A stretch of DNA of 64,000 bases. It comes from Hormiphora californensis. Its lineage: Eukaryota; Animalia; Ctenophora. The notes beneath the pieces are model-generated. The model saw nothing but the letters and a program-made list of their open reading frames with translations, searched no databases and was not told the DNA's origin. Where the stretch lies: assembly GCA_020137815.1 (NCBI GenBank), contig CM035353.1, positions 7,998,001-8,062,000 of the forward strand, in the 5' to 3' direction. This document shows positions 52,296 to 64,000 of the stretch, one piece after another. Every line of letters begins with the position of its first letter. The first letter of the stretch is position 1. The translations under genes and the position numbers were made by a program.

Positions 52296-52467
52296 CAGTC
52301 GGACGCCGATTTACCGGGATACTCGGGGGAAAGGGTTTTGCCTGGTAAATCGGGGTGCCCGGTATATCGGGGTCAAATACCGTTATTTTCCCATATCGGG
52401 GGAAGTTTATCCTCCCGGTAAATCGGGGTTCCGGTAAATCGGGGTCCGGTAAATCGGGGTCCGACTG
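52296..52467. mobile_element. Tc1/mariner(pogo)-type MITE
   Basis: Same TIR family; TA TSD. Confidence 0.9.
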
Positions 52468-52651
52468 TATAATGAATTAGATCTTACATTGTTTTTGTAT
52501 TTTGTATTAGACTGAACCTAAGTGAAACTGTTTCATATTGTTTGTTCAACCGTCAGAGCATTGTTGGCCTGACAGTTGTTCAACATATATCAGCTCAAAA
52601 TCAAGTGTACGGACTTGTAACATTATGTTACATTTTGTAACATAGAAAGAA

Positions 52652-52748
<97 letters not shown>

Positions 52749-52987
52749 AGAGATCGAACGTAATGGGGGGAGGGGGTGACATGGACACGTAACATTTTGT
52801 GACATGTGCAGAACATTTTTTGTGCACGTTACATGATACAAAATGTTACATAGTGTTTCAAAATGCTACGTGTACATTAGGCACTTGTGACAACCCCCAC
52901 CCCCCCCCCACCCCCATAAGCAGACTCTTAGAGAAGAGAAAAATTAAGCTAAGCACTATCAAGAAGACTTCTTACACTCACAAGGTG

Positions 52988-53022
52988 GTTTAAATACCTC
53001 TCCAAATCCCCTTCAAATCAGT
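52988..53022 (+). promoter_or_regulatory. TATA-like box (tttaaata) and Inr-like tcagt ~30 bp downstream
   Basis: Spacing fits a core promoter just before the ATG at 53043. Confidence 0.45.
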
Positions 53023-53042
53023 ACTCACAACTACTACTAACT

Positions 53043-53606
53043 ATGAGGTTTACTTGTGTTCTTCTTATTGCCCTGTTCGGGCTATTTGCCCCTATTGATG
53101 CTAGACGTTGTCAATTCCGACCAATGGGATGCTGGAGGGATAAGCCTGACCGTGCTATCCCACCTATGGAGGGATCTCACCCCGCTCTGAAGGGTAACTA
53201 CAAGGCTCGAGGAGATGCTGTCAGGAAATGTGCTGATGTCGCTGCTAGCAGGGGTATGTTATATCAGTCAATTAATTTACACTAACAATATCTACCATTC
53301 CCGATTGGTAGCTCGCTACCTGTCTCTTGCCGGCGTATAAAACACGTCCAGAGGTTGGGAAAGAAAAAGGTACATGTAACCAATAATTCAAATTTCTGGC
53401 TCGATTTTTCCTGCTATAATAGTTATGCTAACAAAAACTATTTTTTAGGATTCCATGTATTCTCCGTCCAAGATGGAGGACAGTGTTTCAGTGGACCCCA
53501 CGCTCAGAGGACCTTTAGGAAGCATGGACGTGCTAACAACTGCAGGGGAGGAAAGGGAGGACCCTGGGCCAACAATGTCTACCACCTCCATCACTGTCGT
53601 GGATAA
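53043..53606 (+). CDS. Small secreted protein with one WSC-like domain, ~122 aa (exons 53043-53253, 53449-53606)
   Basis: Signal peptide MRFTCVLLIALFGLFAPIDA; GCWRD..RAI, C...A..RGFHVFSVQDGGQCFSG, C.GGKGGPWANNVY; phase-1 GT-AG intron. Confidence 0.85.
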
Positions 53607-53959
53607 ATTAATAATTTAGCAAGTTGTCTAACAAGTTGTCTAACAAAATATAATGTGTTTTTATTGCGTTGAGATTGGTCTATTTTCGGGTCGGGGGCCT
53701 TGCCAGGCCCCGAATACTGTCACTCACACCGTGCATATAATACACCTGGTACAAAATACAAACAAATTCACTGTCAACTGTCAGTTCGTGCTGAAACTTG
53801 TCTCTGGCATTGTCATTTCTAAAAAATATCAGGTCGTGCATGACAATCATTCTACTCCCTTCTACACCCGTGCTGCTACAGCTGTAACTTACCCAAACCC
53901 ATTTCTGACATGTTTCTTTTATCGTCACACATTGTCACTGTAGTGTATCACATCTCAAT

Positions 53960-55498
53960 CTAAATACCGGGGCAATATGTCTGAATTGTTTTGTCTTTGT
54001 TTTGGCTGGCTACGTTTAGTTTTCCCTGTTTACTGTAGTGATGGTAGGGGTCTGTGTCAGTCTGAACCTGGTCCTCTGTTGTTGGTTTCTTGGGCTTGCA
54101 CACACCTGTAGTAAAGAAGGGGAGAGAAGTGGGGAGAGAGGGGTGTTGTAGTGTAACCTAGCAGGGAGAGAAGAGGGGAAAGAAGAGGGGAGAGAAGAGG
54201 GGAGATAGCGGTGTTGTAGTGTAACCTAGCAGGGAGAGAAGAGGGGAAAGAAGAGGGGAAAGAAGAGGGGAGAGAAGAGGGGAGATAGCGGTGTTGTAGT
54301 GTAACCTAGCAGGGAGAGAAGAGGGGAGATAGCGGTGTTGTAGCGTTACCTAGCAGGGAAAGAAGAGGGGAGATAGCGGTGTTGCAGTTTAACCTAGCAG
54401 GGAGAGAAGAGGGGAGATAGCGGTGTTGTAGTGTAACCTAGCAGGGAGAGAAGAGGGGAGATAGCGGTGTTGCAGTTTAACCTAGCAGGGAAAGAAGAGG
54501 GAAAGAAGAGGGGAAAGAAGAGGGGAAAGAAGGCGGAGAGAAGTGGGGAAAGAAGTGGGGAGAGAGGGGTGTTGCAGTAGTTTTGCCTAGCAGGGAAAGA
54601 GAGTTGCACACACCCAGTAGTACTGGGAGATCTCTCCTGTGTTTGTAACCCCCCTCTGGAGAGGATCAGTGCAATTGTAGTGTAACCTAGCTGCTATTTT
54701 ACTATGTAAAGGGTGGAGTTTTGGCATGGTTTGTACCAAAATAATAATTCTACTGTATTTGTGAGACCGTGTGATGAGAGAGATGAATCTAATAACAAAG
54801 CTCATCATGATTTGTTGGTGTTTAGTGTCACAAAAACAATACGATATAACATGATGGTATAAACGTACCTTTGATCTTGTCAATAATTCCATGATCATTG
54901 AGGATCTCTGAGAGGGATGGTAGGACATCATGTACTGACAAAATCTTGTTATCTCCATTGGGCAGCACGGGTTTATTCTGGCTACAGTTATTCTCTTGCT
55001 CCTCCTCCTCCTGCTCTTCTTTTTCTTCGGGCTTCCTGAAGGATATAAAGGATGTGAGATACTGCCATGTGCTGAAGTATGAGCGTGTACAAACTAATAT
55101 CAAAACTCGGTCAAATCACCCAGTGGGAATGGAAGTGGGCCAAAGGGAGGAGGCTTTCAAAACTAAGAAGACACTAGAAACTAGGGATGATGAAAGTACC
55201 AAGTATACCTTTTTAGTAACACATCTTTATCCCACTCCAAGTCAGCCTCTTCTACCGCTACTTGACTGTACCTGAGAGGAATAGGGGTATAGTGAGCTGT
55301 ATAGTGGTGTGATGGTGTGATGGTGTTATAGAGTAGTGGTATTATAGTGGTATTACAAGGATAAAACGGGAAGAAAATATGAAGAAAACACATTTAGTCT
55401 CGATATTATATATTCCATACCTTGGACGTTGTCTAAAACCATTTAGCCATGTTGAAAGGGGCATTGTGCTATATAGAAGCTGAGCTTCTAACGGGCTG
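53960..55498 (-). CDS. 3' exons of an unidentified protein (~55498-55421, ~55271-55209, ~55035-54868, ~54105-53960)
   Basis: Phase-consistent GT-AG junctions, one open frame ending ...TIQTYCPGI*. Confidence 0.55.
54115..54600. repeat. Intronic minisatellite (~44-66-bp variable unit gggagagaagaggggagatagcggtgttgtagtgtaacctagca)
   Basis: About 9 direct repeats with a variable purine sub-unit count. Confidence 0.9.
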
Positions 55499-56052
55499 CT
55501 AAAACACTGGAATGAGCTGTTAGAACATAGAAATGCAGTAGAGCAGTATGTATAATGCGGGCACAAGGAAGGGGGTGTGCACACGTGTGTGTCATGTGTG
55601 TTTGTCAGAAAGGGACAATAAGTTGATATTAGAGGGTTCCGGGTTAGCAAAAACATCAGAGGGAATATATGTTGTATTGTCCACATGCTGAACTAGTAAC
55701 GGTATATAACAGCAGCGGTAATAATAACAAGGTCACATTGGTACTGCACATAGCACTAAGAACAACAATTGTGGTGAACAAGTATTGCACTTGTGGTACA
55801 GTCGGACATAAAAATAGCGTGCATAGAATAATATTCAATAGTTTTATGAGAAATAGAGAGATATATAATGTAGGCTCTTCTAGATAGATCTGGGATAATA
55901 TATGCGCATTTGTAATCCATAATATTCTAGGTTCTAAAGAAAGAGACAGAGTGATGTCAAGATCTCGCCAAGCAGAGTCTTGGTGGCCAACAAAGGGAGT
56001 CCAATATAATATATATTATACCAAGGGATAGAGAGAGAGAGAGAGAGAGAGT

Positions 56053-56086
<34 letters not shown>

Positions 56087-56486
56087 GAGAGAGAGAGAGA
56101 AAAAGAGAAAAAAAGAGAGAAAGAGAGAGAGAAAGAGAGGGAGAGAAAGAGAGTGGTCCTGTTAGTGGACCCTACAACAATTCATGTCCCAGATGGGGTA
56201 TATCCCAGATGGGGTGTGTCATGGTTGTGGCTGGAAATGTGCATGATCATGACCCGCGGAGCTTCAATGCAGTTCAACATTGAATATAATGCAAGCATAG
56301 CAAGATAAGGGCGGTATATATATGCTAATTGGAGGTACGGTGTTTAATCCGATTAGTAAGTGGTAGCACTGCAGTACTGCATGCAGTCTACTCGGTCTAC
56401 TACTACATAGAAGACGTCAGGGGAGAAAAATGTGGATATTTTAAAAAGGTAGTAGTGTCTAAGTTCGGAGCCCTAAACTATACACT

Positions 56487-56684
56487 ATAATACCAAATCG
56501 AACTTCTAGTACAAGATTCTACCTAAGAAACATAATCATGGTGTAGTAAAGTTACTCTTCTAAAGGAGCGCGGTGTGAGGGGAGCTACTGTGTGTGTCCC
56601 GGAAATGTTTGTCTTTCAGTCTTCCACTCCGCGTGTGGGAGAGAGAGAGAAAGAGGAAGAGAAATAGGGAGAGAAATAGGGAGC

Positions 56685-56730
<46 letters not shown>

Positions 56731-57670
56731 AGTGACAAGTAGGAAATGCCCAATGCCCATTGGGTACTGCTGAACTGATGGGTGACAACACAGTTGAATA
56801 TCAATCAGTAGTTTTCTGAAAGAAAGACAAGAACTATAATACTGGTGTATAATATGATGTTGTGATTCCCCATCTGACCCTTATACTCAGGTCACACCTA
56901 TTTTCTTGAAACCCTTTTAATTTTACTAAGAGAGGGCCGAGCAAAGTCACACACAAAGTCTTGTTACTAAAATTTGCATCTATAACTACATATTATAAGG
57001 GTTTTAACCCCTACATGAATATTTGTGTGTGTAGGGTAAATCAAAAAAAGGGAACAAAGAACTGGTGTGTGGTTTGAATCCATGATGATTTCACCCCCCC
57101 TGTTACTGGGGTTTTATTATAAAAAGGTTATCACATGAAGTACCAAAAACATTACTGTACTCTTTTTAATCATGTAAAGATTCCCGGAAAAATTGAAAAT
57201 TGGTTGAATAGGCCCCAAGAAAGGCCAAGTTTTTATTTAATTTTTTTAAAAACACAGAACCCTTTTTTTACCCGTTTTACTATGGGAACTTTGGGGCTCT
57301 GGTAAACATAAAACTTACGAACCATTTTTTTGGGGAACCTCCCAGTCCCCACGAGGTAGGGGCCCTGACAGGGGTTTACTTTTAGGAGTTTAGGACGGCA
57401 AAAACTCTCTAAAACCCAGGGAGAAATCTGTTTTTTCCCCTGTTTTTGAGATAAAAGGGGTCTAAGGGGGACACAAATTGAATTGGGTTTACTTTTGTGA
57501 CACGTTAGATAATACATGCAATAAACATATTTTTTTTTTTTTTTTTTACCCCTTTTTTCCCCTCCAAAATCAAGGAAGTTTTAGGGGTGGAAAAGAGTAA
57601 TAAGGGGTTTGGGGTGAGGGTAGAGAGGGTAATCAGATTCTTAGAACCGGCAGTATGAGGGGCACTCTGT
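56487..57670 (+). repeat. Second, insertion-free copy of the 46.7-52 kb segment, degrading into low-quality sequence
   Basis: Near identity over the first ~500 bp, then homopolymer-error-laden similarity. Confidence 0.8.
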
Positions 57671-59485
57671 ATGAGAAGGATACTCTGTCCGTTTACTGTG
57701 CGAACCCCCGTTTTAAATATAAAAATACTTCTCCTGGCCCTTCCCCTCTCTTCCCCCCCTCCCTCCCTCCCTCTCACTTTGGGCGTTTTATGAACTATAG
57801 GGAAAACAATGCCCGGCAGTGGTTGCCTACTGTGCAAAAAGATTTTTTTTAAAAAACTAAAATTATCATAAAGGCTAAACAAAAAGAAGCCCGTGATAAA
57901 ATCCCAAAAAACCAAATACCCGCTCCTTTTGGGGGTTTAGAGATGCCTCGGGGCGGGGTTTTTTCTATGAAAAACAAAAATTCTCACCGACCCTTTTTTT
58001 ATCATTTTTTTAGTACAGTGCACCCCGTTTAGGGCAGGTGTTTCCCCGATTTTAGGAAAATTAACATTTTTTGCCCCATTTTGTGGCACCCCCATTTAGG
58101 GGCAGGATTTCCCCCCTAGGGATGAATAAAACGGGGGGGTCCGACGTACAGTGTAACTGTACATCCACACGACACTATTTTGAACAAAGGAACGAAGAAC
58201 TGGGTGTTTGATAGGGGTAAGTTCATGCACCCACTCCGCAATTACATTCCCCAGATGCAACTGTCTATAGGGATAGACTAAAAAAACCACCCTCCCTTTC
58301 GCTTTTTTTGGGTTTTGGAATCCGATTTTTTTCTTCCCCTGCCCCCCTTTTTTTAAAGTTTCTTCCGCATTTTTGGGTAACCCCCCCCGCCCCGGGGGCC
58401 CCCCGGGGCCCCCCCCCCTTTCCCCCCCTTTTTCCCCCCCCAAACCCCCCCCCCCCCCCCGCCCCCAAAAAACACCCAAAACTTTACAACCCCCGGGGTT
58501 TTGGTTAGGGTGGGGTTAGGGTTTTTTAGGCTAGGTGGAAAATGCCCAAAAACCTGTGGTCAGGGGACAGGCGGGGGTTACGACCACTAACAAAATTTGG
58601 ACAACACGCAAGTCAACTACCAGCATTACCCAGCTAAATGCGTACATCACAAACCCCTCATCCCCCCCCTCCCCGGGCCTTTTCTCCGGTCACACTTTCC
58701 CCGGAAAAGGGGAAGACCGAACCCCCCCATTGCGCCGGGGATTTGAGGGGGGGAGGGGTTTCCCTCCGGGGGGGCGGGTTTGCCCCTTAGCTTGGCCGAT
58801 TGGGTTGGAGTGTTTCCCGCAAAAGGGACCGGTGGTAGCCTCCCGCCCCCCCTTCTTTTTCCCCTTTTCCCCTCTTTCCCCTTTTTTTTTGTTTTCTTTT
58901 TTTTTTTTTCTTTTTTTCCCCTGTTTAAGTTGTGATAGGGAGCCGGGATTATTTCTTATAGGCCCTGGTTATTCGTGTTCCCTTTCTTTCCCCTTTTAAA
59001 CTATCTCTCTCTCTCTCTCCTCTCCCTTTTTTTATAACTTTACCTTACTTAACCATTTTCACACACTATTTTAAATTGCCCCGAAAACAGCCCCCCACGG
59101 CGTTTACCCCCTCTCACAACGAAAATAAAGCTTGTCCGAACATTTGGGCCCCCCCCCCCCACACCCGTTTTCAACTAGTTCTAGGGTTTGTCGTATATGT
59201 ACGCCAAGAAGTTTAATTTTATATATACTGCTGCTAACTTTTTTGATTTGGGCAAAAAAAAAAATAGAGCACCAGAGATTGGGGTGCTTTTGTAGTATAC
59301 GGAAAGGGGGGGGGTCAATTTAAAAGGGTTTCCGAGATGATATCGCAAATCACTCAATGATGTTATATGACGCTGTCAGACTTTGCCGCCCGACCTGCCC
59401 TTTGTGTGAAGCAAATAGGGGCAGCAATTTCCCCGAAAAGGGGTTCACAGATGTGGGGGGGGGGGACAGATATAGGAACGTGAGG

Positions 59486-59517
<32 letters not shown>

Positions 59518-59589
59518 AAAAAAAAAAAAAAAAAAACTGGGTGTTTGACTGCCAAGAATCCCAAGAGTCTCACCATTTTACTGGTATGT

Positions 59590-59760
59590 GTGTATCTACT
59601 ATCTACCTGCATTGACCTACTACTCAAACATTACTGGTATACAGTGTGTATCTACTGTTGACCTACTCAAACATTACTGGTATACAGTGTGTATCTACTG
59701 TTGACCTACTCAAACATTACTGGTATACAGTGTGTATCTACTGTTGACCTACTCAAACAA
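59590..59760. repeat. 43-bp tandem repeat, ~3.5 copies, related to the flanks of the 47326 MITE
   Basis: tctactgttgacctactcaaacattactggtatacagtgtgta. Confidence 0.85.
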
Positions 59761-60087
59761 TAGTACTCCGGGTACATTCTTCATCAGGAGATACGTCTAG
59801 AAGCCGAGTATGATGGTGGTTTTTTCTACAGCTGTATCAGTAAACGGGGGTTACAAAACACAACAGGCCATATAAAAAAGCTCGTTATAAAAAAGTTCTA
59901 AATGTTCACGATTATACACATAACCCCACACGTATTTGATTCACGATCAGAGGGTAACAGGTGGGTGTTATACCAAAAACATGAGCTGCCACGGAAACTG
60001 GAGGGGGCATGTTGTAGTTGGAGGAAGCAGCTGCACACCATATTCACATTGTCACTACTTGTTCTCTCTCTCTCTAACTCTCTTTTT

Positions 60088-60177
<90 letters not shown>

Positions 60178-60327
60178 CTCCCTCACACAATACTCTACTA
60201 CTGCACCGCGCTAGAAGGAAACACAGAGTGTAGACGCAACGTGTGCCTTCTGAAGGAGCCACTCCTGGCCACGAGACTGAGCGTGCTGAATATTATTACA
60301 AGTCGTAATACAACAAGAGAGAGAGTT

Positions 60328-60382
<55 letters not shown>

Positions 60383-60993
60383 TGTGTGTGTGTGGGGAGA
60401 GAGAGAGAGAGAGTTAAACGGTAATGTAGTACTAAAATAATATATAGTAAGTGAACATTAAGACCTCTATTTCAATCTAATATTAAGTACAGTCTGACTA
60501 AATTGATGCTGCTTACAGAACATCACCGAACAAAACGAACTTATTTAGTTTTAAGAAAGAAAACAAGATCAAGACAAGTCGGATAAGAGATATAGAGTAG
60601 GTACTACTATCCACATTGTAGGGTGAGAAATGAGGATCGATTATAGTTTCAGATAAGAAGGGTGGCCGGGGGACCGAAATGTGAAACGGCAGATATCTTG
60701 CTGGGTTAAAAAGATAAATAATTTCATATAAAAACACTCCCAATATGGATCATATTGTAATTGTTCATGAGTCTCAGCTGTTACAACTTGGAGTTGATAG
60801 TTGCTACAGCAGATCGACCCCGCTGGTATATTGTCCATTGGTACCCCATAATAATGGGGTCACACAACTGTACCCCCTCGCGTGTGTCATCGATAAAACT
60901 AATTGGCACTGACCGGAATTCTGCTGAGCTGATAGAATCAGAATCTATTTATCTGGAAGCTACAAATCAGTAACAATACTATACTGCATCATG

Positions 60994-63643
60994 TTATTGT
61001 ACAACATCCCATCTGAATACCATGGCATCATCAGTAACAGCAAGTAGTATTCTGGAGTCAGGACTAAACGCCACCTGGTGGATGACAGAGGGGAGGGTGG
61101 ATCGTATGTATTGGGCTTCCTAGTTGTGTGCATGATATGAAGGGAGTTAGGGGAACTTATACAGAGAGAGGTGACATCATGGATATGTAATGAGAGATTA
61201 AAATCAGGTATTACCTCACATCATACTTGTGTTCCCACCTATCTGACCCTGATGTTTCCTGTTACATGATGTTACATGTTATTGTATATTACCTGCCGGA
61301 TAGCTCTGGTAGACTTGTGGTGCTGGAGGATGAATGGTTTTCCTGGCTCCTTATCTACCTGCCACAGGTATACCTGGAGACAAGGGTTAGAGAAATTGGG
61401 TCACAGGGGAAGATAAAATCATGATCAGTGTGTTTTTAGTCCCACGTCGGACCCTGATTTACCGGGCTACTTGGAGGGTAATACACAGTAAATTAGGATT
61501 CCGGAGAATCAGGTTACGACTGTATATTACCTTTCCCACTTGGTTCCCCGCTGCCAGCCATTTGAAGGAGTAATCTACTGCAAATCTCATGTACCAAATA
61601 TCACAATCGTCATACTCGAAACTATGAATAACCTGCATTGAGGGGGGGGGGGTTACCATGCATGTTGACATTGAATACTGCATGCAAAATATTTTGCATG
61701 ATTAAGGAGAAATTCGAAATATCGCTAAAAAATCTTGTTATCAATGTCTGACAACATGGTTCGGAACACGCCGCGAGACTCTAACCGATCTCCGTATAAT
61801 CACTCCGCGGCAGGCAACACAGTGAAAGCTGTCACAGAATAACTAACCTCTAAAGTACTTGGAATACTAGATGATTTCGTAGCTTTTAAATTCGCTTTCC
61901 AGCAGACGATCTTGTTTTCACACGATTTGGAGAGGACAAAATTACCAAACCACCTGGAGGAATACGTCAATTAACCAGACAATTAACCAGTCAATTAACA
62001 TGTCAATTAACATGTCAATTAACCAGTCAATAACACGTCAATTAATCAGCCAGCTAATCAATACCCGCTCATTAGAAGGGATACCTACCTCACACAGTCT
62101 ACATAGTTCCTATGAATTGTCCTGGTACTGAAAACAGGGAAATGAACATGTAATACTGGGAATGGTTTCTCTGATCCAGTCTCGTATGTGTAGGAACTCT
62201 CAATTGCTGCTTGTACCTCATCTGTCTGTAGTGACCACAACTTTACAGAGTGATCCATACTACATGACATTATCTGCAGGGGAGAGAGGGAGAGATAGTC
62301 GCAATATCATTATCTGGTGGGGAGAGAGGGAAATACTACATGACATTATCTGCAGGGGAGAGAGGGAGAGATAAGGGGAGAAAGGGAGAGATTTTATACT
62401 GTTTGAGTAGTGGTCCATTTCTGGAAAAATAATATTATGCTTTCTTCTGAAGTTAATTACTTACGAATGATGCATTCAAATCAAAATCACAGCTCAGAAC
62501 CTCGTCCCGGTGCCCCTCTAGACCACCTACAACGAGAAATTATTGTTGTACACATGGAACCATTGTACAATTACAGGAGTTATAACTATTTTCAACTTCT
62601 GGGAAGTCAGAGCTGTAAATTAACTAGGGGGGAGTTCAGCCCTAAAAGATGCCAAGCCATCGGCCAACATCAGGGTACCCATGGCCTTTTGAGGGCTACA
62701 CCCCCTCCCCGTAATTAAGGGATGTTCAGGGAATTCCACACCTACCTAGGACCATGATGCATCGTTTAGTTTTCAGGTTCCATAGTCGGAGGGAGTTATC
62801 CTTGCTGGCAGAGAGGAGAAGATTGTTATCCAGGGGGTGACCCTTCACCTCGTTCACAGCCCCACCGTGTCCCATTACTGGAGGAGAGGGAGTATTTTAT
62901 GTAGCAGATTGGACAGGAAACCGGTAGAAATCTAGAAAAGCTAAAACGATCATGTTTCTCATTGCTGATACTCACATGTAAACACGTCTTTCATTTTCCT
63001 GACAGACACGACCCTAACTAGTCCTCTTTGTCCCCCAACTGCCAGCAATATCTCAATGTCACCCTTCCCAGTCTCCTGGTACACCCAACACACCTGCAGC
63101 AGGGTAATGGGCATTGGGATTCTTCCAAGTCCCAGTCTTTTATGGCAAGCAGACAGATGAATGAAGAATGGGTAATAGACGGGGTTGTTAAGAATATCTT
63201 GTGTTACCTCCCAGTCTTCACAAACATGTTTCTGACAACCAAACAATGGGCAGTATGAACAAGGAACGAGCTAACTTACGGTATAAAATATTTCATCTAA
63301 ACTGGGATCAGAATAAGATTGGACCATTGTCATGCCATTCCCTGGACCACACTCATACACTGTCACCCTGTTATTACCTACAGACAATTGTAGAAGTTAA
63401 TTGTCTGTCAGAGTGAGGGGGTCTCATATTGGTTTTGTAGGTACGCGAATTATGTACTAACAAACAACAGGTAAGGGTACTTACTAACTGCTACTTAGGG
63501 ATACCGGTACAAAACATTAGGTTTGTTTATCATTTTACTAACCAACTGTTGCGAAAACTGCAGGATCTTCTGGGTTTGTGTAGGGGTTAAAAGAAACACC
63601 AAACAAACTATCCTTGTGGTCCTCCCGAACCCATCCTGCCCAC
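60994..63643 (-). CDS. EED: Polycomb protein EED/ESC (PRC2 WD40 subunit), 10 exons seen; first exon(s) not located
   Basis: Spliced motifs [146 protein letters not shown]...FRWD. Confidence 0.95.
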
Positions 63644-63665
63644 CTGAGAGGATATGTATTACATA

Positions 63666-63838
63666 CAGTCGGACCCCGATTTAGGGGCCCCCGATTTAGT
63701 GGCACCCCGATTTAGGGACAGGATTTTTTTTCCCCGATATACGAAAATTAACATAATTTGAACCCGATTTAGTGGACACCCCGATTTAGTGGACAAGAGC
63801 CTTTCCCCCGAGGGTGTCCCTAAATCGGGGTCCGACTG
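63666..63838. mobile_element. Tc1/mariner(pogo)-type MITE
   Basis: Perfect TIR cagtcggaccccgatttaggg; TA TSD. Confidence 0.9.
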
Positions 63839-64000
63839 TATTATGTAACCATGGTAACTACACAATCTGAGAGTGTGTAACCATGGTAACAAACTTGGAG
63901 ATGATATGTAACCATGGTAACTACACAAGGGGGGGGTTCCAACCTATTTTTTTGTATTTTTTTGTATTTTTTTGTACGGACCATACATAAAAGTATCCAA

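Noticed and set aside
57000-59540. Gly/Pro/Phe/Lys-rich ORFs and G/C runs
   Set aside because: Homopolymer-inflated low-quality sequence, shown by comparison with the clean duplicate at 47.2-47.7 kb; the same applies to 24.6-28.5 kb.

Overview
Intron-rich, repeat-dense animal genomic DNA from a draft assembly. It has a 100-N gap at 26352-26451 and two error-laden, homopolymer-rich stretches (~24.6-28.5 kb, ~57-59.5 kb). The short GT-AG introns, long (AG)n tracts and divergent conserved genes suggest a marine invertebrate, possibly a ctenophore, but that is inference only. Recognisable genes: a class-A GPCR cut by the window start, PEX14, EED/ESC (5' end beyond the exons seen), a disrupted INTS6 C-terminal region, a secreted single-WSC-like-domain protein, a 13-exon coiled-coil gene and three unidentified multi-exon genes. 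Mobile DNA: a Mutator (MULE) element with TIRs and a 9-bp TSD, a CR1-type ORF2, a 5'-truncated L2, a 2.9-kb foldback element and many MITEs. The most unusual items are: (i) the MULE encodes an intact 5-exon, 313-aa internally deleted transposase and carries a cruciform element in one intron; (ii) a retroelement encodes only ORF1 but ends in an L2-type 3' tail; (iii) a compact, possibly pseudoknotted structure follows a nested antisense gene; (iv) tandem 'echoes' of exon-intron junctions recur. All exon models were assembled by eye from splice signals and reading phase.
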